Source of the DNA: a virus
Taxonomy: Duplodnaviria; Caudoviricetes
IMG/VR virus record: IMGVR_UViG_3300037780_000193
Span: 1 to 48,988 of that record
Length of the DNA stretch: 48,988 nt
Strand: one strand, 5' to 3'
Shown: positions 1-7,221 of the stretch, one piece after another
How the letters are laid out: each line of letters begins with the position of its first letter
Numbering within the stretch: position 1 is the stretch's first letter
Notes under the pieces: model-generated
Told to the model about the DNA's origin: nothing
The model's database searches: none
What the model saw: the letters and a program-made list of their open reading frames with translations, nothing else
Made by a program: the position numbers and the translations under genes

Positions 1-1332
1 ATGGGGTACGATAAAGACCACCTGGTGCTTGAGGGTGGTGTCTGGAAATATCGGCGGCGCGTACCGGTCGACCTGGTCGGCGTCCTCGGACGGAAGCAAA
101 TCAAGCGATCCTTAAAGACAAAGTCTCGTGACCTGGCCGTCGTCAGGGCCGCTTCCCTGGACAGGGAGGTGGAGGCTCAATGGGCGGCCGTTCGTGCCGG
201 CCAGGCTGCGGAGGTCGCGGACGATCGCGAAAAGGAGTTTGACGCGGCCGTTCACTTTGCCCGAACGATCGGGTTTGAGTATCGGTCGGCGTCTGCCCTT
301 GCCGCGATGGCTTCAACCGAAGATCTGATCGATCGCATAGAGGCGGCCGTGTCTGCCGGCGCCGTCCGGCCGCAGTCGCGTCTCGTTGCGGCCGCTTTGA
401 TGGGAACGGTCGACCAGCCACCGCTGACGCTCGATCGTGCCTTCGAGAAGTACGAAGAGATGACGCGGACGGAGCGCCTGTCCTATGGCGAGGATCAGTT
501 GCGGCGGTGGAGAAACCCTCGCTTGTTGGCGCTGCGGAATTTCAGGTCGGTTTGCGGCACGCCGACGCTCGATCAGATTGATCGTAGTCAGGCGCTCGAT
601 TTTCAGGACTGGTGGCTTGCCAGGATCGAGGACGAAGGCCTGACCGGAAATGCGGCCAATAAGGATTTCGGCCATCTTCGTAAGATCTTCGGTACGGTGA
701 ACGACAAGCTCCGGCTTGGCCTCGACAATCCGTTCGGCCGCCTGTCGGTGCCTCAGGCATCCAAGGCGGCGCGCGAGCCTTTTGATGCGGAATTCATCCG
801 GGAGAAGATACTGACGGCGCCGGCGTTGATGGAATTGAACGCTGATGCGCGCTGGCTGATCTGGATGAAGGCCGATACCGGTGCGCGAAATCGGGAGCTG
901 TGTGGCCTCGATCCGGAGGCGGGTGATATACGCCTTGATGCGCCGGTGCCTTATATCGATATCCGGCCGAACCGCTTTCGTGATCTGAAGGTCGCGCACA
1001 CGCGGCGACAGATTCCGCTTGTCGGGTCGGCGCTCGCGGCCGCTGAGGCACTGCCCGGCGGGACGGCGCGGTACCGGGAGGCGGCGGACAGTGCCTCAGC
1101 TGCGATAAACAAGTTCCTGCGCGGTCACGCGATGCTCCCGACCGAGAACCATTCACTTAACTCGCTTCGCCATAGTTTCGAGGACCGCCTGACGGCGGTC
1201 GAGCCACCGGACAAGATCCAGGCCGCTTTGATGGGGCACAAGTATCACCGTCCGCGTTATGGCGCCGGGCCGAGCCTGGCGCAGAAAAAGGTGTGGTTGG
1301 ATCGGATCTCGTTTACGGGGCTCACCTTCTGA
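1..1332 (+). CDS. int: Tyrosine recombinase/integrase with DUF6538-like N-terminus
   Basis: N-terminal WKYRRRVPVDL...SLKTKS; catalytic motifs TGAR, LK, SLRH, MGH and RYG. Confidence 0.92.
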   Translation: MGYDKDHLVLEGGVWKYRRRVPVDLVGVLGRKQIKRSLKTKSRDLAVVRAASLDREVEAQWAAVRAGQAAEVADDREKEFDAAVHFARTIGFEYRSASALAAMASTEDLIDRIEAAVSAGAVRPQSRLVAAALMGTVDQPPLTLDRAFEKYEEMTRTERLSYGEDQLRRWRNPRLLALRNFRSVCGTPTLDQIDRSQALDFQDWWLARIEDEGLTGNAANKDFGHLRKIFGTVNDKLRLGLDNPFGRLSVPQASKAAREPFDAEFIREKILTAPALMELNADARWLIWMKADTGARNRELCGLDPEAGDIRLDAPVPYIDIRPNRFRDLKVAHTRRQIPLVGSALAAAEALPGGTARYREAADSASAAINKFLRGHAMLPTENHSLNSLRHSFEDRLTAVEPPDKIQAALMGHKYHRPRYGAGPSLAQKKVWLDRISFTGLTF

Positions 1333-1336
1333 TCTC

Positions 1337-1525
1337 TCATGCGGCGGGAATTAGCTCATCGATGCTTCTTTGCAGATCGTCGATCGCCGCATTGTAGATG
1401 TCCTCGTGGTCTGTGATTAGATCCTTGTAGCGCGCCTGCTCCAACGCATCGCGAGCGGCGCGCAGGTAACTGATCCGCTCGGCTTTTTCCTCGCGCAACT
1501 CTTGCCTGATCTTGTCGATATCCAT
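1337..1525 (-). CDS. Hypothetical helical protein, last gene of the leftward arm
   Basis: 62 aa ORF preceded by AAGGA; converges on int. Confidence 0.6.
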   Translation of the reverse strand: MDIDKIRQELREEKAERISYLRAARDALEQARYKDLITDHEDIYNAAIDDLQRSIDELIPAA

Positions 1526-1597
1526 GTTGTCGTTCCTTGGTAGTTGGCCAGGACAGCACGCCCCGCATTGGTAAATTCCGGAAAGGTGATCATCTTC

Positions 1598-1795
1598 CTA
1601 TCTGATTATCTGAACGTCGGTGATCGCTTCGATCCAGCACAACGCTTTGTTGTCGTCCTCCGACATAACCGTGCAGCATCGCTTTCCGCCCGTCGTAACG
1701 GTGCCTACTCCTATGAAAGTCCCGATGGTCCCTGCTCGCGGTCCCGCCGTAATCCGAACGCGGTCGCCATTCTTCGGTAGTTCGGCAAGGGGCAT
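1598..1795 (-). CDS. Small KOW/SH3-like protein
   Basis: KOW-like GDRVRITAGPRAGTIG. Confidence 0.55.
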   Translation of the reverse strand: MPLAELPKNGDRVRITAGPRAGTIGTFIGVGTVTTGGKRCCTVMSEDDNKALCWIEAITDVQIIR

Positions 1796-1810
1796 GGTTA
1801 GAATCTCGAT

Positions 1811-1969
1811 TCAGAAAGGGCATTCGCCCGGTTGATCGTCAGTGCGGGAGAACCCGCACCAGTTCAGCAGCCACGGCCCGACATGGATCAGGCAAGGTCC
1901 GTAGTATCCGTCCCGGTGGAGCGATAGGCCTCGGCTTGGAACGCGGATGATGTTGAACGGGAACCGCAT
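1811..1969 (-). CDS. Small hypothetical protein (52 aa, not in ORF track)
   Basis: AAGGAG RBS then MRFPFNIIRVPSRG...GECPF; fills the gap in the leftward operon. Confidence 0.5.
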   Translation of the reverse strand: MRFPFNIIRVPSRGLSLHRDGYYGPCLIHVGPWLLNWCGFSRTDDQPGECPF

Positions 1970-1981
1970 CAAAACGCTCCT

Positions 1982-2842
1982 TTATGCCCGGGCGAGATCG
2001 TGGTCGCGCGGGACTTCGAAGCCTGCGGCGTGTTTGTGCCCGCCGCCGCCGAACTGGACGGCGATTTCCGATACGTCTAGGCCATCTTCCGCAGACCGCA
2101 GGGAGAACACCCGACCGTCCGGCGTGTCCATGTAGCAGGCCGCGAACGGCTCGCCCTTCGCCATCGCGTGCCCGGCATCGCTCGACAGGGTGTAGGGCAG
2201 CGACGCCACCGGGACGTCATGGCCGCAGATGGAAATCCTGCGCTTCGCGACGTTCAGCAACTCCGCGATATCCTTGTGGTGCTTCCGTTCGATAGCCCGG
2301 CCTTCGGCGCGTAGCTTGTCGACCGGCGTTGCCATGAGCGCATCCCAGACTTCGAAGTCATAGGGGTGCGAGAAAACGCACGCCTGGATCTCCCGCGTCC
2401 CTTCCAGATGAAACCGCCACAAATCGCGGTCTTCGATATGGTTGATCAGGTCGGGGCGAGGGCCGGTGTGGAAGTGATCCCATGCCATACCTGCGCCGCT
2501 GCGCGACATATCGAATTCGGCGTAGACACCTTTCGTCGGCATCCACCCGGCCAGATCGGGTTGCTTGCCGGGCGGTGCGGGGAAGCCCGCCAGATCATCC
2601 GCCGCGCTCTTGTGGTGGTCCAGTATCAGGATCGACGCGGCGCTCTCCGCCATCTTCTCCAGGACAGGACGTTTGTAGGAGAAATCAACCATGATGACTT
2701 GTTCGCCGAAAACATCGGGCGGCTCCTGGCCGTAGTGTCCGGCGTGGAATTCGATATCGCCGCGGCCCGCCGCCCGCACAGCCCATGCAGCGCCGAAGCC
2801 GTCTGCACAATTTCCGTGATAGATACAAATCGGCATCTTCAT
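1982..2842 (-). CDS. DHH/DHHA1 family phosphoesterase
   Basis: YHGNCADG, MVDFS, LDHH, DRDLW and GGGGHKHAAG motifs; start moved to the ATG at 2842 behind GGAG. Confidence 0.9.
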   Translation of the reverse strand: MKMPICIYHGNCADGFGAAWAVRAAGRGDIEFHAGHYGQEPPDVFGEQVIMVDFSYKRPVLEKMAESAASILILDHHKSAADDLAGFPAPPGKQPDLAGWMPTKGVYAEFDMSRSGAGMAWDHFHTGPRPDLINHIEDRDLWRFHLEGTREIQACVFSHPYDFEVWDALMATPVDKLRAEGRAIERKHHKDIAELLNVAKRRISICGHDVPVASLPYTLSSDAGHAMAKGEPFAACYMDTPDGRVFSLRSAEDGLDVSEIAVQFGGGGHKHAAGFEVPRDHDLARA

Positions 2843-2897
2843 TTCTCCATACGTTCGCGCCCGGCCATAGCGCCGGGCCGTTGTGTTCAAGGCCGCG

Positions 2898-3224
2898 TTA
2901 GAGGTGATTCCCTTCGGCGTCCGTATTCGGCTCAATCCCACGTCCGACTTGGGGTTGAGGGTGATTTCCTTCCGACGATTTGTCGGACCCGGTTGCCATG
3001 TCTCGCAGCCGCTTCGCCCGGCGTCGCTGGCGTTTGGCTTCGGCCTTCGCGAGCGCGTCCTTGTCCGCCTGACCCATCGGGTCCGGTTCCGGTTCCAGAT
3101 CGGGCTCGCCGAGCATCTCGGCATCCGAAACAGGCCGCACCATGTCGCTCTCCGCGAAGGCCACTGCTCCGATTGCCAGGAGCGCCATCCGGTGTTTGGC
3201 GCCAAGTCGGTTGTCAGACACCAT
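2898..3224 (-). CDS. Hypothetical phage protein
   Basis: GGAGG RBS; basic C-terminal helix KAEAKRQRRRAKRL. Confidence 0.55.
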   Translation of the reverse strand: MVSDNRLGAKHRMALLAIGAVAFAESDMVRPVSDAEMLGEPDLEPEPDPMGQADKDALAKAEAKRQRRRAKRLRDMATGSDKSSEGNHPQPQVGRGIEPNTDAEGNHL

Positions 3225-3759
3225 CGCTCTTGCCCTCCCTGTCAGAAACGGACCCAAGCGGAGGCGGCTCGCGTTCCGCGTCCGGCTCGATCGAGCCGCC
3301 TCCTAGTGGTGCGGACGGGCGGGCTGAGCCCCTACGACTATCCGGTCGCCCACACGAAAGGCGTTGCCGAACACGTTCCCCTTGGGTGCTGGGGGCCTCG
3401 CGAGCCGTACCAGACCCGTCCTTCTCGGGTATCTCTTTGCCAATGGTTGCGGCCTCAAGCCGGTCTTGCAGGGCCTGGCGCGCTGTGTCGCTCGGCATAA
3501 GCCACTTCCGCTCCTTCAGTACGCGGCCGAGACCACTGCGGAACCGGCGAGCTTCGCTGTCGGTCAGTATCCACTTGGCAATGTAGTTGCCGTCCTGATC
3601 CTCGATCCGAACGTTGATGCCGCAACATGGGCACCAGTCGAGGGACACCTCCCCCGTCACAATGTAATCCGCCGCCGCGTCCTGCCGCAGGCCGGCCTGG
3701 AACATTCGGATTGCGGACTGGACTGTCTCTTCCGGTGGCGGGCCATCGTATTTCGTCAC
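3214..3759 (-). CDS. Hypothetical protein with CPCC motif
   Basis: GTG start behind GGAG; DWCPCCG. Confidence 0.5.
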   Translation of the reverse strand: MTKYDGPPPEETVQSAIRMFQAGLRQDAAADYIVTGEVSLDWCPCCGINVRIEDQDGNYIAKWILTDSEARRFRSGLGRVLKERKWLMPSDTARQALQDRLEAATIGKEIPEKDGSGTAREAPSTQGERVRQRLSCGRPDSRRGSARPSAPLGGGSIEPDAEREPPPLGSVSDREGKSDGV

Positions 3760-3787
3760 TGTCTTTTCTCCGCGCATTTGCCCGACA

Positions 3788-4012
3788 TTAGCGTTCATCC
3801 TGCTGCTCGGTCCTCGGATGGTCACGGAAATCGCCACCATGCCGGTTGATTGGTCTGGCCGCGTCGAAACATTCCGGCGATGACGCTTCCAGCCTTTCGA
3901 TGCGCCGTGCGAGCGGAACATAGACCGCGTAGGCTACGGCATGCGCTTGATCGTCTGTGAGGCCCAGGCGCGCGAGTGTGTGCCGTACATCTTCCAGTTC
4001 GAAGTTATCCAT
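3788..4012 (-). CDS. Hypothetical protein
   Basis: AAGGAG RBS; overlaps the upstream gene's stop. Confidence 0.55.
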   Translation of the reverse strand: MDNFELEDVRHTLARLGLTDDQAHAVAYAVYVPLARRIERLEASSPECFDAARPINRHGGDFRDHPRTEQQDER

Positions 4013-4211
4013 CGCCGTTCTCCTTGGTGCATTTGCCCGACCCGGTTGCGCAGTCGACGAAAGCCTTCTCTGCCCTGTTCCAGAGCCTCGCTGGCGGGTT
4101 TTTCGCGGCGAGCGCTGCGCCCGACAGGTTGTCTAGCTCAGCGCGCAGCCGCTCGATCTCGCGTTCGAGGACGCAGCAACAATTAGGGCATGTCGATTGG
4201 ATCAGGCTCAT
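4005..4211 (-). CDS. Small Cys-rich/coiled-coil protein
   Basis: GGAGG RBS; ATGA overlap with the DUF1643-like gene; CPNCCC then coiled coil. Confidence 0.5.
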   Translation of the reverse strand: MSLIQSTCPNCCCVLEREIERLRAELDNLSGAALAAKNPPARLWNRAEKAFVDCATGSGKCTKENGDG

Positions 4212-4735
4212 TGTTCCGCCTCCTGGCAGTTGTCGGACGAATACAGGGCCGGCGTCGTGTCGCCGGCGATGTAAAGAGGATGCTTCGGCGCACCGGATTT
4301 CGTCACACCCAAGCAGTGTGGAACCCTGTCCTGTTCCCGGATGATCCGTAGGACGGCGGCGGCTCGCGACTCGGCCATCTTGTGAGCGCCCCAGGCGCAT
4401 ACGACGAAGTCGCTATATGCGAGCGCGTCCCGGATGTGTTCGTCGTTCTCCGGCCCGATTGGATCGTCGGCGTTGAGTAGTTCGTCTGGCTCTGTCGCCC
4501 GGAAGGCGAAAAGGTTGACGACTTCAAAGCCGCCATACCCCCAAGCCTTCGTGAACCCGGTGCAGCGCCGGATTGTCGGGTCGTCAACGCTGTCGTCCGC
4601 TGTGGACGGGTTGAGCATGATGAACAGAACGCCGCCTCGATCTTCCTGCCTCCACCGACGAAAGAGCCGGTAGCGGTAGAGATCGCAATCCGAAATGACG
4701 GCACCGCCGCTGAAAAACAGGTCGTCAGGCATCAT
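4208..4735 (-). CDS. DUF1643-like protein
   Basis: YRYRL, FIMLNPSTAD..DDPTIRRC, VNLFAFRAT.P, AWG, PKHPLY. Confidence 0.85.
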   Translation of the reverse strand: MMPDDLFFSGGAVISDCDLYRYRLFRRWRQEDRGGVLFIMLNPSTADDSVDDPTIRRCTGFTKAWGYGGFEVVNLFAFRATEPDELLNADDPIGPENDEHIRDALAYSDFVVCAWGAHKMAESRAAAVLRIIREQDRVPHCLGVTKSGAPKHPLYIAGDTTPALYSSDNCQEAEQ

Positions 4736-4934
4736 CACCCTCCTGGCAGTTGCGGGACCCGGTTGCGCGGGGCGAGTGCTGGTTGCACCGGTCAATGGAA
4801 AGCGTTTCCGGAAAATAGAAAACAACCTCATCGCCGAGGCGTAGCGGGGAAGGTGGCCCCCATCGGCAGACGCCCTCGCCGTCCGAGACGCCTATCGACC
4901 GTTCCCAATGACGGCACGTCTGACAGTTGCTCAT
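4725..4934 (-). CDS. Small Cys-rich phage protein
   Basis: CQTCRHW...GVCRWGPP...C.QH pattern. Confidence 0.6.
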   Translation of the reverse strand: MSNCQTCRHWERSIGVSDGEGVCRWGPPSPLRLGDEVVFYFPETLSIDRCNQHSPRATGSRNCQEGDDA

Positions 4935-5377
4935 TTGCTTCCCTCGCAGTTGTCGGACATTTGATTCACGCTCATCGGGTGGAAGATCGCGGGGCGTGAA
5001 TCAGGGCGACCATCAAGGGCAACGTGAACGTGGACCGTTGGCCCGCCTGGGTAGGCGACAGTGCCGACCATGCCGGAAGCAGACCCTTCCCCCGGTGCTA
5101 TCTGAACCCGGTCGCCGACGTTGAATCGCTTTCCGTACTGCCGTTCGAGCACGTCATAACCTTCGCTAGATGGCACGTGGTTCAGGCGGACGCTGCGGAC
5201 CGTCTGCAAAGCCTGTTTAAACGAGCAGTTCCAGGCATCTTGAAGGTGCCGCGCAAATTCCGCGCGCGCAGCCGATGCGCTCCGTGCCGAGCAGGTGAAA
5301 ACCCGCTCAACCGTTTGCCAGCCGACGAGGCCGTTGCGTTCTTCTGTCGTGAACGTCACATCATAGCAGCGCATCAT
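4931..5377 (-). CDS. Hypothetical protein with C-terminal KOW/SH3-like domain
   Basis: FNVGDRVQI..G..GTV; GAGG RBS. Confidence 0.55.
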   Translation of the reverse strand: MMRCYDVTFTTEERNGLVGWQTVERVFTCSARSASAARAEFARHLQDAWNCSFKQALQTVRSVRLNHVPSSEGYDVLERQYGKRFNVGDRVQIAPGEGSASGMVGTVAYPGGPTVHVHVALDGRPDSRPAIFHPMSVNQMSDNCEGSK

Positions 5378-5685
5378 TTCCTCGTACCTTTCTCGTCGTC
5401 GGAGGGCTGGCATTCAACGGACCCGGCTGCCGTCATCTTGATCGTCACAGTGTAAGACCCGACCGGCCCGTCTTTGTCGTAGGTTTCCCCAAAATCCATC
5501 GTCAGCGTATCCCCGACTTGCAGCCGCCCAAGGCGCGTCAGCGAGTTGCACAGGAAAAGGGACAGCTTCACCGGGAGGTCATCGGTGGTGTAATCCTCGT
5601 AGGCGTCCCCAAGGAACTCTCGCCCGTAAAAGCAGTGCTTCGGGTAAAAGCGTTCGACTGCCCAGCTAATGAGTTTACGAAGCAT
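5374..5685 (-). CDS. Hypothetical protein
   Basis: GGAGG RBS; overlaps both neighbours. Confidence 0.55.
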   Translation of the reverse strand: MLRKLISWAVERFYPKHCFYGREFLGDAYEDYTTDDLPVKLSLFLCNSLTRLGRLQVGDTLTMDFGETYDKDGPVGSYTVTIKMTAAGSVECQPSDDEKGTRK

Positions 5686-5890
5686 CGTTTCCTCCCCGGT
5701 CAGAAAGGGACATTTCCTCGTCCGGGCGCGGCAGGTGCAGCCAGTGCGTCCAGACGCGGCTGGTTCGGAGGTCTTCGGGGTGTTCCGGCCAGTCGAGAAT
5801 CGACCATCCGTTGCAGGCGTTGTAGACGGCGTAGCATTCGGTCGACGTGTCGGCGTCGAGGGGAAATTCGCCGATCGGCTTCGGCATCAT
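5675..5890 (-). CDS. DUF551-like small phage protein
   Basis: C-terminal THWLHLPRP resembles the THW..LP motif. Confidence 0.5.
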   Translation of the reverse strand: MMPKPIGEFPLDADTSTECYAVYNACNGWSILDWPEHPEDLRTSRVWTHWLHLPRPDEEMSLSDRGGNDAS

Positions 5891-5893
5891 GGT

Positions 5894-6133
5894 CTATCTC
5901 TTTTCACCGTACGCGCAGGGCGGCGATGGCGGGGCCGGTGAGGGCGACGAATACGGGTCGTGGACCTCACGTCGTCCTGGTTCCTGATTTTGCATCCGGT
6001 ATAGCCAGACTTCGTCTACGGTCGCGGCGCGGAAGCCGAAAAAGTAGTAAGGCCCACGGACGGCACAGATCCCCTGGTCCCCAACTAGGTCCACAACTAT
6101 TGACGCTGGCTGTTCAGACGCAGGGTTAAACAT
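5894..6133 (-). CDS. Hypothetical protein
   Basis: GGAGG RBS; operon packing. Confidence 0.45.
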   Translation of the reverse strand: MFNPASEQPASIVVDLVGDQGICAVRGPYYFFGFRAATVDEVWLYRMQNQEPGRREVHDPYSSPSPAPPSPPCAYGEKR

Positions 6134-6470
6134 TGCTGTCCTCCGAGCGCTCAACGGACCCGGCTGTCTCGGCGTCCATGCGGTCGATATCAGCGGCAAG
6201 TAGTGCGGCCGCTTTCACTAAGTCGCGTCGCCGTGTGGTTGGCTTGTGCCAGGATGAATCCCAGGGCCATGGGGTGCTGTCTTTGATGGTGCCCTTGCTC
6301 GCGGCCTCAATCGCCCAAGAATGCGAGTCTTCGGTGGCGGCCCCGACTGCATAGACCGCAGCGGCCACGGAGAGCTCCCCGTCGGTGTATTTGGCGTCGT
6401 GCTCCGGCGTCCAGCCTTCGACCTCGATCTGGCGGCGGCGCTCCGCCGCGATATCGTCAATCGCGCTCAT
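6126..6470 (-). CDS. Conserved phage hypothetical protein
   Basis: AERRRQIEVEGWTPEHD...WPW...RRDLVKAAALL.A.IDR, a common temperate-phage family. Confidence 0.8.
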   Translation of the reverse strand: MSAIDDIAAERRRQIEVEGWTPEHDAKYTDGELSVAAAVYAVGAATEDSHSWAIEAASKGTIKDSTPWPWDSSWHKPTTRRRDLVKAAALLAADIDRMDAETAGSVERSEDSNV

Positions 6471-6473
6471 TGG

Positions 6474-6731
6474 TCATATCTCCGTGGTCAATGGTTGTTG
6501 GGCAGGTTGCGATCCGCCTGACTCTCGTCGGCCGGCCGCGGCAATCGCGTCGGGTCTCAGGAGGGACAGGCGCCAGGTGGTGCGTTCGTGGCCGTCCCAT
6601 GCGGTGAAGACGAAACACTTCGTCGCGCGGTCCTGGCGGTAGCGGCCGGCGCGGGTGGTTCCGTCCGGCGACCGGACGTCGACCGAGCCGGTTCTGGCGA
6701 AAATGACGGTCGGGGATGGCGCGTCGGTCAT
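6474..6731 (-). CDS. Hypothetical protein
   Basis: AAGGA RBS; operon packing. Confidence 0.5.
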   Translation of the reverse strand: MTDAPSPTVIFARTGSVDVRSPDGTTRAGRYRQDRATKCFVFTAWDGHERTTWRLSLLRPDAIAAAGRRESGGSQPAQQPLTTEI

Positions 6732-6734
6732 CGG

Positions 6735-6953
6735 TTATCCTTGTTTCGAGAGAAGGGCGTAGCGCGCGACCTCGCTCATGAGGCCGTCTTGTTCCAGCAG
6801 GTCGGCGCGGTCTTTCAGTAGCCGTTCGAAAATCAACAGCAATCCGCCGCCGGCGCCGGTCCCGTGGGTCTCGATGATCTGCGCCAAATGCCCCAGGGCC
6901 CGATCTATGCGCTCGATCGTGACGGGTTCGGGTTTGGGGCGGCGGATGCGCAT
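6735..6953 (-). CDS. Hypothetical protein
   Basis: Helical 72 aa ORF in the leftward operon. Confidence 0.5.
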   Translation of the reverse strand: MRIRRPKPEPVTIERIDRALGHLAQIIETHGTGAGGGLLLIFERLLKDRADLLEQDGLMSEVARYALLSKQG

Positions 6954-6963
6954 CGCGGGAGGC

Positions 6964-7221
6964 CTAGCGTCCCGTCCGCGCGCGCCAGGCGCGGATCTCG
7001 CCGCCGGCCCGCCGCAGGTTCTGCGCCAGGTCCGGGGCGCGCCGATCCAGGACGTCCAGAAGCGGCCGGCAGGCGCGGGCGGCGCGGTCGAAACCGTCGC
7101 CCGCCGCGGAATAGGGCAAGATCATCGCTGTTTGCAGGCGGACAAACAGGCGCAAGGAATCGTCGTCATAGGCGTCCAAATCCCCGGCGCTCAGATCGGT
7201 GAAGCGGCGGGCCTCGGTCAT
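6964..7221 (-). CDS. Hypothetical protein
   Basis: ATGA overlap with the parB-like stop; MTEARRFTDL. Confidence 0.5.
   Translation of the reverse strand: MTEARRFTDLSAGDLDAYDDDSLRLFVRLQTAMILPYSAAGDGFDRAARACRPLLDVLDRRAPDLAQNLRRAGGEIRAWRARTGR

Larger units (their letters stand above)
2976..6167 (-). repeat. Dispersed 21-bp gene-junction motif, five full and two half copies
   Basis: Plus-strand copies start at 2976, 4029, 4226 (half), 4746, 4946 (half), 5410 and 6147; core GACCCGG(T/C)TG. Confidence 0.75.

Noticed and set aside
2843-3205. N-terminal extension of the DHH ORF to 407 aa
   Set aside because: Overlaps a better-supported ORF; the DHH domain and RBS begin at 2842
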